This document shows, piece after piece, positions 27,321 to 37,675 of a stretch of DNA of 45,517 bases; position 1 is the first letter of the stretch, and the number at the start of each line of letters is the position of its first letter. The DNA is from an uncultured Micavibrio sp. Its GTDB lineage: Bacteria > Pseudomonadota > Alphaproteobacteria > Micavibrionales > Micavibrionaceae. Made by a program: the position numbers and the translations under genes. Location of the stretch: contig CAYGQG010000002.1 of NCBI GenBank assembly GCA_964351955.1, positions 1-45,517 of the forward strand, in the 5' to 3' direction. A model generated the notes under the pieces. That model saw only the letters and a program-made list of their open reading frames with translations, was not told the DNA's origin and did no database searches.

Positions 27321-28661
27321 TTGAAGGAACTGTTCATTATTAGCAAAGATTCAGCGGCATTGGCCGGGGAAGGGTTTTTAAACTTCCTCGAAAACCTTGC
27401 TGGCCGCCCCGAAATCATCATCATGCGCCCCGACGTAAGATCCGAGGACCTGTTCGGCTTTATCGCGGATGAATTTCGCCTATCCTATTATATGGAGCTT
27501 GCCGGCATTCATACCCATGGCGACGATGGGCCGGACATGGCTGCAACGACGGCTGCGCAGCAGATCAAACGCGGATTGGACGATATTGTAAGTTCGGACA
27601 AAAACGCGGTCGCACTTTCGTTACATAGAGTTTTGCCTGATGGTGGGCGGTGCATTGCGACCACTTTGACGCTCGACAATGTCGACGGATACGGACAATT
27701 ATTCAGCGGATTTCGGGATACGGATATCGACTTTACCCTGCCCGGTACAGCCAGTGACTGGCAAAATCTCGTGCTTCTCCATGAATCCGATCATTGCCGG
27801 GCACATGATTTTGCACCCAAAGACGAATTCATGCGCGATCGGTTCGCTTTCCAATATTATTATCAGGCCCATTCTGAAGGCGTTATCGGTGATCTGGCGG
27901 TTCCCCATGCGATGCGCGGGATGCGTTCGATCGCCACTATGATGGAAGGCGGACACTCACAGCATGCGAATAGTTATGTTCTGAACAGCCTTGTACCGCT
28001 TCCGGGTGAAGAATTAAGTATTTTTCTGCGCTCTGATGATGCGGGGCCAGATTGGGAACCTGGAGTCGTCGACTGGCGTAACGCCAAAGACGCTGTGCTG
28101 GATGCGCGTCGTCAAATCATGACGGAGATCGGAGAACCCTTACTGGATGCCCATGAAAAGCTATCAAGTATCGATTTGTTGACTTATCAGGATGACAGCG
28201 GATTTACCTTACAGGAAGACGTGCAACAACTGATTTTCGATTTACGCCATGATAGCAGGAAGATGGACGAAGACCCTGCTCTTGCCAATGCGGCGAATGA
28301 CGATGCAGATAAACTGTATGAGGCTATATATAACGGCGGCACGGTCAGTATTCGCGGCAAAGAATATTCATTCGATGGTTTGACGGATGAACAAAAAGAC
28401 GAATATCGGGAGAACATCGCCGATAGCGCCGAGGCCGCCGCGTTGAAAGAAATTCGTGAGCAGCCTGCAATTTTGTATGAAACAGCGCGCCGACATAACG
28501 ATACTTTCGAGCATCCCGCAGCGAACCAGTTCGTTGATCGTTTTATTGATTCAGTTGAACGTTATGCGCCCGAACCTTTTGGTGCAGAACCAAGAACCGA
28601 GCCACCCGAGTTGGCCAATCCGAATACGTTTACGCCGCTTCCGACACCCGTACCGAACTAG
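27321..28661 (+). CDS. hypothetical protein (446 aa) with an HExxH motif and a Pro-rich C-terminus
   Basis: TTG start. NLVLLHESDHCRAHDF contains HESDH. No signal peptide or TM segment. The C-terminus reads PRTEPPELANPNTFTPLPTPVPN. Confidence 0.55.
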   Translation: MKELFIISKDSAALAGEGFLNFLENLAGRPEIIIMRPDVRSEDLFGFIADEFRLSYYMELAGIHTHGDDGPDMAATTAAQQIKRGLDDIVSSDKNAVALSLHRVLPDGGRCIATTLTLDNVDGYGQLFSGFRDTDIDFTLPGTASDWQNLVLLHESDHCRAHDFAPKDEFMRDRFAFQYYYQAHSEGVIGDLAVPHAMRGMRSIATMMEGGHSQHANSYVLNSLVPLPGEELSIFLRSDDAGPDWEPGVVDWRNAKDAVLDARRQIMTEIGEPLLDAHEKLSSIDLLTYQDDSGFTLQEDVQQLIFDLRHDSRKMDEDPALANAANDDADKLYEAIYNGGTVSIRGKEYSFDGLTDEQKDEYRENIADSAEAAALKEIREQPAILYETARRHNDTFEHPAANQFVDRFIDSVERYAPEPFGAEPRTEPPELANPNTFTPLPTPVPN

Positions 28662-28667
28662 AACCCT

Positions 28668-29543
28668 TTATTGAATACCCCAGACTTCAAGCTCGTCATA
28701 ATCGGGTGATCTGCCCGTATCGAGATTACGCAGGGCACGTCCCTGATCTTCGAGAGATGCAATCACCCCTGCCTGACTAAAAGGACTGATCCCTGTTTCA
28801 GTATAGATTTGTTCGCTGCGCATGTAGCAATCTGCTTGTTTATCGCACTCAAGGACGCTGATCAAACCGCCATAACCGCGCGTCCATGCGTTGATTAATT
28901 CACCCATACGGAGTGGCGCGGAAGAGCCGAAATTATATGTGCCTTTTAGAGGATTTTCGCTCATCGCAATCATGACTTCGCAGAATTTTTCCTGCGGCAG
29001 AAAGTCACGCAAGCAATCAGGATCATAATCCAGTTCTACAACGCCTTCGTTCTTACAAAGTTGGTTAAAAACGTAACCGGCAAAACCTTTTTGCGAGAGA
29101 TCCTTACCGTTCCACCCGACGATATTGGTCATACGCAAGATTGTCAGTTGGTCTTCCGGCATCGCTGCACGGACGTTCTCTTCGATCTGTTTTTTAGCTC
29201 TGCCATAGGCCTCTTCGGGATTAAGCGGGCTATCGGCAGTAATTTCGCTTGGTGTCGGGTTTTCGCCATAAACTTTACGTGATGAGGCAACAATCAGGTG
29301 TGCGGGGGTGTCGGCCAGCATATCTGCCAAACGGGTATCCAGATCAGTTTCGGGAGTGACGATGCCTTTGAACATAGCATCGGGATGCATGGCAAAGTTG
29401 ATGACCACATCGCTTGAACGGATTTCCGCCTCGCGTGTAGAAACCTCATCATGCGATAAAAACAGCCAGTCTTGCGTTTCCGGTCTTTGCGCCAGAAAAC
29501 TCGCTAAATTGCTGTTCTTGCCTATGACCGTAACATTGGTCAT
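28668..29543 (-). CDS. NAD-dependent epimerase/dehydratase (extended SDR) family protein with a degenerate glycine motif
   Basis: 291 aa. VASSRKVYG and YGRAKKQIE (YxxxK), and RMTNIVG. The N-terminus VTVIGKNSNLAS keeps only part of GxxGxxG. Confidence 0.6.
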   Translation of the reverse strand: MTNVTVIGKNSNLASFLAQRPETQDWLFLSHDEVSTREAEIRSSDVVINFAMHPDAMFKGIVTPETDLDTRLADMLADTPAHLIVASSRKVYGENPTPSEITADSPLNPEEAYGRAKKQIEENVRAAMPEDQLTILRMTNIVGWNGKDLSQKGFAGYVFNQLCKNEGVVELDYDPDCLRDFLPQEKFCEVMIAMSENPLKGTYNFGSSAPLRMGELINAWTRGYGGLISVLECDKQADCYMRSEQIYTETGISPFSQAGVIASLEDQGRALRNLDTGRSPDYDELEVWGIQ

Positions 29544-29548
29544 GCCTG

Positions 29549-29578
29549 CACCTGCTTCTTTTGTATTAGAAGCAGGTG
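29549..29578 (-). promoter_or_regulatory. perfect 11-bp stem-loop covering the predicted SD of the epimerase-family gene
   Basis: CACCTGCTTCT (29549-29559) is the exact reverse complement of AGAAGCAGGTG (29568-29578), with an 8-nt loop. On the minus-strand mRNA the 3' arm contains AGGUG, 5 nt before the AUG at 29543. Confidence 0.4.
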
Positions 29579-29617
29579 TTATAACATTGCACTATGGAAA
29601 ATGCAACTTTATGTTAA

Positions 29618-31174
<1,557 letters not shown>

Positions 31175-31254
31175 TCAACAGATGTAAAGCTTTAGCGTTA
31201 AAAACTTGAATTCTTTGCCTAATAATGTGTATTTTACGAAAAACATGGCAAGCT

Positions 31255-31881
31255 ATGAGTAACATTGAGTATACAAAAGCGTTTCAGAACGCCGTTAACC
31301 CTACGGAAGAGGAAATCTGGGCTTTCCACAGCATCTTAACCGCTATGGATACCGAGTTTTCAAATATCGCTGCAGGCGTTGTAGACACCCTTAAAATGAA
31401 ATTCGGCAATAGTGGGATCTGCTATCTCACGGCGGATTTACCGCAGATCCAGCTTGGTTTCGATAACTGGTGGAAACACATTGTCCGCGAGCGTATTGCA
31501 CAAGACCTCACACAAGAGTTTGGTGACAAGACCAACTTTCTGCTGTCTACGGCACTCGATCTTCAGCATGAGCAAGATCATTTACGCGTCGATCTTCGGC
31601 ATGCCGGACAACCCTTAACGACCTATTACGACATGAACGGGCCGGACAGAATTGATGCCTATCAGCCTTTGCAAGAAGGCGAAGGATTCAAATCCTTGCG
31701 CTCATTGGTTACCATGATCGGCGGTATCGATATGTGTGTGCTTGTTAACGCGGATGCAGCAGGCGTTCAGAGCCAAGCCGGTCGCAAACCGCAAACCCCT
31801 ACATTCATTATGTCTACGCGGGATGAAGCACCCTTAATGGACAAAATCAGACGCTACGAAGAGTTCGGCGCGGTTCATTAA
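31255..31881 (+). CDS. hypothetical protein (208 aa from M at 31255; the ORF opens at 31225)
   Basis: Open frame divergent from guaB. No signal peptide or TM segment and no recognised motif. Confidence 0.5.
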   Translation: MSNIEYTKAFQNAVNPTEEEIWAFHSILTAMDTEFSNIAAGVVDTLKMKFGNSGICYLTADLPQIQLGFDNWWKHIVRERIAQDLTQEFGDKTNFLLSTALDLQHEQDHLRVDLRHAGQPLTTYYDMNGPDRIDAYQPLQEGEGFKSLRSLVTMIGGIDMCVLVNADAAGVQSQAGRKPQTPTFIMSTRDEAPLMDKIRRYEEFGAVH

Positions 31882-31977
31882 GATCACGGTTTTCATGTGC
31901 CCTCAGGCCCATATGTAGTAATTGTTGCATTATTTATGCAGCTACATTATGTTACGGAAAATAAAAGGCCGACCCCT

Positions 31978-32136
31978 ATGAAGATTTTTGAGCTATTTAA
32001 GCGCGCCATCACCTTTTCGAATAAAAAAGTCCTTCGTACAGACGAACTGGATGACGAGATGATGCAGGCCATTATGGACGCGGAAGTCCCTGATACCATT
32101 GAATATATAGAAGAAGAGGAAGAGGATAATCAGTAA
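31978..32136 (+). CDS. small acidic hypothetical protein (52 aa from ATG 31978)
   Basis: MKIFELFKRAITFSNKKVLRTDELDDEMMQAIMDAEVPDTIEYIEEEEEDNQ. AAAGG lies about 10 nt upstream. It ends 37 nt before the PemK-like gene. Alternative in-frame starts are at 31897 and 31936. Confidence 0.35.
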   Translation: MKIFELFKRAITFSNKKVLRTDELDDEMMQAIMDAEVPDTIEYIEEEEEDNQ

Positions 32137-32173
32137 CCTCTGAATATCACCTTGTTCACTAACTGCGTAAACT

Positions 32174-32776
32174 ATGAGTAACGACAAACCAACAACTGCA
32201 CGACCACAACTGACTTTAGGCACTACGCCTAAATGCCTAAAGCAGCCCGGTGCCGATTTATTACCGGGTCGGCAAGAACTGGTCATCCCTGAAAACCAGC
32301 AGCCAAGGCTGATTTTACCCAGACCTGCGCCCGGTTTGGTTGTTCTTTATGATTATACATGGCATGAAGATTTTGCGCGTAAAGGCGAATCCGAGAAACC
32401 CCGCCCATGCTTGATTATGGCGGTAAGACCCAACAAAGACCGCCCGCGAAACCCCGAGGTTATTGTGGCCCCCATTACACATACGCCGCCCTCTAAAGAA
32501 CTGCTGCCTTCAAGCGTCAAAATCCCCAAAGATTTAGGCAAGAGTGTCGGGCTGGATAACCAGCGCTCATATATCCGTTGTCATGAAGTGAATGTTTTTG
32601 AATGGCCCGGGCCTGATCTGACGACTATTCCCGGCAACAAGGACAGACCGAAAGTCTCATACGGTTTGCTTGATAAAGACCTTTTTGATCAGGTCAAACA
32701 GACATTCAGAAGCACCGGAAAACAACTGGTCGTGCGTCGCGACCCGGCTTTCGATCCTGCTGATCACGGTTTATAA
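32174..32776 (+). CDS. PemK/MazF-fold-like protein with a ~50-aa Pro-rich N-terminal extension
   Basis: The blocks GLVVLYDYTW...GESEKPRPCLIMAV...EVIVAPITHTPP...GLDNQRSYIRCHEVNVFEW follow the family pattern: G-x-[IV]-[WY], K-x-RP-x-[LV]-[IV], [IV]-x-[IV]-x-P-[IL]-T, then a late hydrophobic strand. The 3' end overlaps convergent rlmE by 6 nt. Confidence 0.5.
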   Translation: MSNDKPTTARPQLTLGTTPKCLKQPGADLLPGRQELVIPENQQPRLILPRPAPGLVVLYDYTWHEDFARKGESEKPRPCLIMAVRPNKDRPRNPEVIVAPITHTPPSKELLPSSVKIPKDLGKSVGLDNQRSYIRCHEVNVFEWPGPDLTTIPGNKDRPKVSYGLLDKDLFDQVKQTFRSTGKQLVVRRDPAFDPADHGL

Positions 32777-33448
32777 ATTCTCGTCTACGCCTTTAAAACC
32801 CAGCGCGATTAGATATTGCTCGCTTGATTCCTTGCGGCTGGCGGGCGGTTTCATATGTTTTATAGTTTTAAAGTCCCGTTTCATTTCAGCCAGTAACGTG
32901 TTCTGAGCCCCGCCCTGACGGACTTTGGCAATAAACACACCTCCCGGTTTCAGCACTTCTCCGGCAAACCAGTAGGCAGCTTCGACCACAGCCATAATCT
33001 TGAGATGGTCGGTTTGTTTATGCCCTGTCGTATTGGGTGCCATATCGGACATGACACAATCAGCAAGGCCATCGGGGTTATATTGGGCCAACATTTTCTT
33101 TAGGCGGTCAGGCGCATCATCATCCATAAAATCCATCTGGATGAAATCGACATCGGTTAGCTCATCCATCTCCAGCAAATCAATCGCAACGATTTTTGCG
33201 CCTCTTTGTGTCGCGACTTGGCACCACCCGCCAGGGGCTGCGCCCAAATCAACAATCACCTGATTTTTGCCCAGAATATCCAGCTTTTCATCAATTTCGA
33301 GAAGCTTATAGGCTGCGCGGCCGCGATAACCGTCTTTCTTGGCCTTTTCGACATAGGGATCGTTAAGCTGGCGTTTTAGCCAATTGGTTGACGCAGTTTT
33401 ACGCCCTTTGGCGGTTTTGACTTTTTCTTTGGCTTTGTTGCGTCTCAT
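32771..33448 (-). CDS. rlmE: 23S rRNA (uridine2552-2'-O)-methyltransferase RlmE/FtsJ
   Basis: 225 aa. RGRAAYKLLEIDEK, VVDLGAAPGGW and VMSDMAPNTTGH. Confidence 0.9.
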   Translation of the reverse strand: MRRNKAKEKVKTAKGRKTASTNWLKRQLNDPYVEKAKKDGYRGRAAYKLLEIDEKLDILGKNQVIVDLGAAPGGWCQVATQRGAKIVAIDLLEMDELTDVDFIQMDFMDDDAPDRLKKMLAQYNPDGLADCVMSDMAPNTTGHKQTDHLKIMAVVEAAYWFAGEVLKPGGVFIAKVRQGGAQNTLLAEMKRDFKTIKHMKPPASRKESSEQYLIALGFKGVDENL

Positions 33449-33457
33449 GTTTGTCCT

Positions 33458-33802
33458 TTATATCGCCATAATAACCATAGAGGTACACATTGCAGCGAAA
33501 AATAGCGATAGTGTTGCGGCCATGAATATCGTCCCTCTTGTACCCGGAGAGTAAATAGCCAGCCCGATATAGAGCATATAGAATAAAGTATAGGTCAGCT
33601 GGCCGCGTCTGTGCACATCCATTTCAATGAAACCCGTAAAGCCGGAACTAAAGCCGGTAGATTGAATTAACTCTACCTGCAACCGCATCATGACCATACA
33701 GCATATAAAAAAGCCCGCAGCCCATGCCCGGTGCTGCTTATGTACCGCCAATAATCCAAGAGGCAGCCAAATAATATCAATCCATTCGAAGAGTAACGAC
33801 AT
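33458..33802 (-). CDS. small integral membrane protein (114 aa), hypothetical
   Basis: Three to four hydrophobic segments. It ends 9 nt upstream of rlmE on the same strand. Confidence 0.5.
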   Translation of the reverse strand: MSLLFEWIDIIWLPLGLLAVHKQHRAWAAGFFICCMVMMRLQVELIQSTGFSSGFTGFIEMDVHRRGQLTYTLFYMLYIGLAIYSPGTRGTIFMAATLSLFFAAMCTSMVIMAI

Positions 33803-33855
33803 ATAAAACGTATATTGAGAATAACTTCAGGTTTATTTGAACCGAATAACAACTT

Positions 33856-35238
33856 ATGATGCGACATATGACAACAAACATCAAAGCAAAGATACATTTC
33901 GCACTTTGTTCTCTGGCTTTTTTAACTGCCCTGCTATTACCGATACAGAACACTCATGCGCAGCTCAGGGGATTATCGATCATCCGTGATACGGAGATAG
34001 AAAACACTCTCGAAGAATGGGCAGAGCCGATATTACAGGTTTCCAATATCGGTGAAAACAACGTGCGTATCATTCTGGTTCAAAGCGACCAGATCAATGC
34101 GTTCGTCGCGGGCGGGGCGAATATTTTCTTTTACACGGGACTAATCACGAAGAGTGATAATCCAGGCGAAGTCATCGGCGTTATGGCGCACGAGATGGGG
34201 CATATTGCCGGTGGGCACCTGATTTCAACACGTTTAGCGTATGAGCGCGCATCGTATGAGAGCATTCTGGGGGCGGTGCTTGGTATCGGTGTTGCCGTAC
34301 TTACGGGCGAAGGCGCAGCGGCCAGCGCCATTATCGGCGGATCACAAAACATTGCGGGGCGACGTTTTCTATCCCATAGCCGTGTTAATGAATCCAGTGC
34401 CGATCAGGCCGCGTTCAAGTATTTAAGTGCAGCGCATATCAACCCGCAGGGACTTTCTACGTTCCTTGAAAAGCTGAGTGGTCAGGATCTGTTGCCCGCC
34501 AGTCAGCAAAGCGAATATGTCCGTACGCACCCACTCACAACCAAACGTATTGATGCAGTCGATACATTGATCGCGAAAAGTGAGGACAAGGACAAACCCT
34601 ATCCTGAACGCTGGGTCAGGCAGCATGTCATGATGAAGGCCAAATTAGTCGGGTTTACCAGCCCCGAGCGCGTTGGGTCGATATACCCCGATAGCGACAA
34701 ATCTATTGCTGCTGATTATGCCCGTGCGATTGCGGCTTACCGTTTGAATGATGTGCCAACGGCATTGCGCTTGATGGATGATCTCATCGCGAAAGAGCCG
34801 AACAATCCATACTACCTCGAATTAAAAGGTCAAATGCTGGTCGATTTCGGGCGCATTAAGGACGCGATACCGCTTTACGAACAATCGGTACAGCTTTTGC
34901 CTGATGCTGCGTTAATCCGTATTGCATTGGCACATGCATTGCTGGAAAGCAGTCAGAGTGATGCCGTTCTCAAAGAGTCCGTTAATCATCTGGAGCGCGC
35001 CGTGATTAAAGAGCCGAACTCTACACGTGTGCATCGCTTGCTTGCTACGGCTTACGGGCGTTTAGGGCGAGATAGTCTTGCGAAGCTACATTTGGCAGAA
35101 GAAGCCGTGCTGCAGCGTCGGCTGCCCTATGCCAAGGCGCAGGCTGAAACAGCGCTTAAAGGGTTTGAAACGGGCAGCCGCGAATGGCTCAAGACGAAAG
35201 ACATTCTTAATCATATCAACAACTTGGAACAGCTTTAA
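33856..35238 (+). CDS. M48 family metalloprotease with C-terminal TPR region (BepA/YfgC-like)
   Basis: 460 aa. Signal peptide ending in HAQ, then VMAHEMGHIAGGH (HExxH), ESSADQ, and TPR-like repeats in the C-terminal half. Confidence 0.85.
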   Translation: MMRHMTTNIKAKIHFALCSLAFLTALLLPIQNTHAQLRGLSIIRDTEIENTLEEWAEPILQVSNIGENNVRIILVQSDQINAFVAGGANIFFYTGLITKSDNPGEVIGVMAHEMGHIAGGHLISTRLAYERASYESILGAVLGIGVAVLTGEGAAASAIIGGSQNIAGRRFLSHSRVNESSADQAAFKYLSAAHINPQGLSTFLEKLSGQDLLPASQQSEYVRTHPLTTKRIDAVDTLIAKSEDKDKPYPERWVRQHVMMKAKLVGFTSPERVGSIYPDSDKSIAADYARAIAAYRLNDVPTALRLMDDLIAKEPNNPYYLELKGQMLVDFGRIKDAIPLYEQSVQLLPDAALIRIALAHALLESSQSDAVLKESVNHLERAVIKEPNSTRVHRLLATAYGRLGRDSLAKLHLAEEAVLQRRLPYAKAQAETALKGFETGSREWLKTKDILNHINNLEQL

Positions 35239-35351
35239 TACGAATTAATTTTGTAACTTTTTGGGGAAATTCAACGAATTTACTTTATCGCAACGCAATA
35301 TGCTCTACACTTAATAGAGGCGGTTTAACGACTTGAAACGGGAGAATATCA

Positions 35352-36116
35352 ATGACAAGTCCTTTGAGAAATAAGATTTTACTGGGTTCAGCACTGATTA
35401 CGGGGGTTGTCGGCTTATCAAGCATGAGTGTGCACGCCGAAGACGCGGCTTTTGATGCAGCCCAGAAAGCAGCCATGGGTGAGATTATTAAAGAATATCT
35501 GATCGAAAACCCTTCTGTAGTGATTGAAGCCATTGATGCCTATCGCGCGCAAGAAGCCGAAATAGAAGCAAAGAAAGCTGAAGAAAGCATCGTCGATAAC
35601 AAAGCTTATCTGACACGTGCCAACGCGCCTTCCGTGGGTAATCCCGATGCTGACGTAACCGTTGTCGAGTTTTTTGATTATAACTGCGGCTACTGCAAAC
35701 GCGCCTTGCCCGATATTCAAAAAATCGTCAAAGAAGATTCCAATGTCCGTTTCGTGTTCAAGGAAATGCCGATCCTCGGCCCTACATCAAAAACGGCTGC
35801 TCAGTGGGCGCTTGCTGCACATAGACAAGATAAATATTTCGAATATCACACAGCGCTGATGGAACATCGCGGCGAGAAAAGCGAAGAAGAGCTTTCAAAG
35901 CTTGCCGAGAAAATCGGTCTGGATGTCGCAAAAGCCAAAGCGGATATCGACAGCGGCGAGATTGATGATGAGCTCGATATGGTGACCAAAGTCGGTCGTG
36001 AAATCGGTGTCAGCGGTACGCCGGCCTTTATCGTCGGAGACAAGTTCATTCCCGGATATGTCGGTGAAGACGGCTTGAAAAGCGCAATTGCTGAAGAACG
36101 CAAAAAAGGCGGTTAA
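35352..36116 (+). CDS. DsbA family thiol:disulfide oxidoreductase (periplasmic, with an N-terminal helical domain)
   Basis: 254 aa. Signal peptide, then VVEFFDYNCGYCKR (CxxC) and GVSGTPAFIVG (cis-Pro loop). Confidence 0.85.
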   Translation: MTSPLRNKILLGSALITGVVGLSSMSVHAEDAAFDAAQKAAMGEIIKEYLIENPSVVIEAIDAYRAQEAEIEAKKAEESIVDNKAYLTRANAPSVGNPDADVTVVEFFDYNCGYCKRALPDIQKIVKEDSNVRFVFKEMPILGPTSKTAAQWALAAHRQDKYFEYHTALMEHRGEKSEEELSKLAEKIGLDVAKAKADIDSGEIDDELDMVTKVGREIGVSGTPAFIVGDKFIPGYVGEDGLKSAIAEERKKGG

Positions 36117-36121
36117 CCCCT

Positions 36122-36739
36122 ATGCTTTATCGCATTTTTATCGGATTTGTTGTTCTGGCATGCGGCTATCTCGTTTATGACAGCGCGAAAATGGGTTTGG
36201 CGCTGTCATATGCCCAAACAGCAGAAGAAGATTTCATCTTTCAACCGGAAAACTCCAATCCCGATCTAACCGTTGTGGTTTATGTGGATTATGCCTGCAC
36301 GTCTTGCCGTAATCTGCATCCCTTGCTTGGCAAAGCAATTGAAGACGACGGACAGGTCCGCCTGATCCCGCGGCCTATCGCATCCAAAGGTATTGATGAG
36401 CCAAATGCCTCTGCTGCAAAGCTTGTGTATGCTGCCGGAAAACAAGGCAAGTTTCGCGAAGCGCATCATGATCTGATTCATGAATACCGCGTGATCGACA
36501 GCAATTTTATCACTAATTTTGCACTACAGAACGGGCTGGACAGCGTGAAGCTGGAAGAAGACATGAACAGCCCCGAAGTACGCGAGCAGCTTGAAAACAA
36601 CTTCAAAAATCTGGAAAACATCAAAGGGCAGGTGCTCCCTACGCTTTTGATCGATGGAAAGATTATCGTGCATGTGAACGGCCCTCTACCGTCCAGCGCC
36701 TTAATAGCAGACTTGTTTGGAACTGCCAGAACGCTATAA
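36122..36739 (+). CDS. DsbA-like thioredoxin-fold protein, membrane-anchored paralog
   Basis: 205 aa. N-terminal TM segment MLYRIFIGFVVLACGYLVY, then VVYVDYACTSCRN (CxxC) and GQVLPTLLIDG. Confidence 0.7.
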   Translation: MLYRIFIGFVVLACGYLVYDSAKMGLALSYAQTAEEDFIFQPENSNPDLTVVVYVDYACTSCRNLHPLLGKAIEDDGQVRLIPRPIASKGIDEPNASAAKLVYAAGKQGKFREAHHDLIHEYRVIDSNFITNFALQNGLDSVKLEEDMNSPEVREQLENNFKNLENIKGQVLPTLLIDGKIIVHVNGPLPSSALIADLFGTARTL

Positions 36740-36766
36740 CTATACTCAACATTACCTGAAGGTTTT

Positions 36767-37213
36767 ATGATGATGAGAATTCTGGCGATTATTGCTGTCT
36801 TGTTTTTCGGTGTGAGCGCGGCTCAGGCCGATAGGGTCGACCCGCTATACATTGAGCAACCTTATTCATTTGCGACAACCTCCGTACAAAAGAACGGCGC
36901 GGTGTTCATGACGATTCACAATGCTTTTGCGCATGACCTAAAGCTGGTCAAAGCCGAAAGCGATATCGCGGAACGTGTCGAGCTGCACACGCACACTATG
37001 GATGGTGATGTGATGATGATGCGTGAAGTCGAGGGCTATGACATTGAAGCGAACGGAACGGTTACTCTTGAACCTATGGGCCACCACATCATGCTGTTCG
37101 GCCTCAAACAGCCGTTAGCGATAGACGGTGAGTTTCCCATGAGTTTATATTTCGATGATAAAAGTAGCCGTAGAATTTCGGTGAAGGTCGTTAAGCCGGG
37201 AGAAACACCGTGA
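36767..37213 (+). CDS. copper chaperone PCu(A)C (DUF461)
   Basis: 148 aa. Signal peptide, then ELHTHTMDGDVMMMREV ... MGHHIMLFGL, which matches the H(M)-x10-M-x21-H-x-M copper site. Confidence 0.8.
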   Translation: MMMRILAIIAVLFFGVSAAQADRVDPLYIEQPYSFATTSVQKNGAVFMTIHNAFAHDLKLVKAESDIAERVELHTHTMDGDVMMMREVEGYDIEANGTVTLEPMGHHIMLFGLKQPLAIDGEFPMSLYFDDKSSRRISVKVVKPGETP

Positions 37214-37635
37214 AAATTTTAATTCTCAATGGTCCGAATCTCAACATGCTGGGTGTGCGCGAGCCTGAAATCTATGGCGATAAAACGCTGGACGATGTTA
37301 AGGGCCTATGCTTGGAAAAAGCCCAAGAGCTGGGCCAAAGCATTGATTTCCGCCAATCGAACCATGAAGGCGAGCTTGTCGACTGGATTCAGCAAGCGCG
37401 AGGAGTGTTTGACGGAGTCGTTATTAACGCCGCAGCGTACACACATACCTCCGTTGCGATCCATGATGCGCTCAAATTACTAGATATACCGATTATTGAG
37501 GTTCATATCTCTGACCCCAAAACACGCGAAAAATTCCGCCATAACTCTTACATAGAGCCAATAGCGAGCAATTTAGTCGCCGGTAAGGGGATTGAAGGGT
37601 ATGTGCTGGCCCTTGAAATGCTGGCAAAACTTTAG
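37210..37635 (+). CDS. aroQ: type II 3-dehydroquinate dehydratase
   Basis: 141 aa. ILILNGPNLNMLGVREPEIYG, FRQSNHEGELVDWIQ and NAAAYTHTSVA. The GTG start overlaps the PCuAC stop (GTGA). Confidence 0.95.
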   Translation: MKILILNGPNLNMLGVREPEIYGDKTLDDVKGLCLEKAQELGQSIDFRQSNHEGELVDWIQQARGVFDGVVINAAAYTHTSVAIHDALKLLDIPIIEVHISDPKTREKFRHNSYIEPIASNLVAGKGIEGYVLALEMLAKL

Positions 37636-37675
37636 TAATCAAAACAGATCAATAACAACAAACGATCCCTCAAAT

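Noticed and set aside
34928-34943. A perfect sigma54-type -24/-12 element, TGGCAC-atgca-TTGCT, on the plus strand about 410 nt upstream of the first dsbA gene.
   Set aside because: It lies inside the bepA-like coding sequence, encoding ALAHALLE. A 10-nt exact match is expected by chance with probability roughly 0.09 in about 91 kb of two-strand sequence. No enhancer-binding AAA+ regulator or rpoN is in the window.
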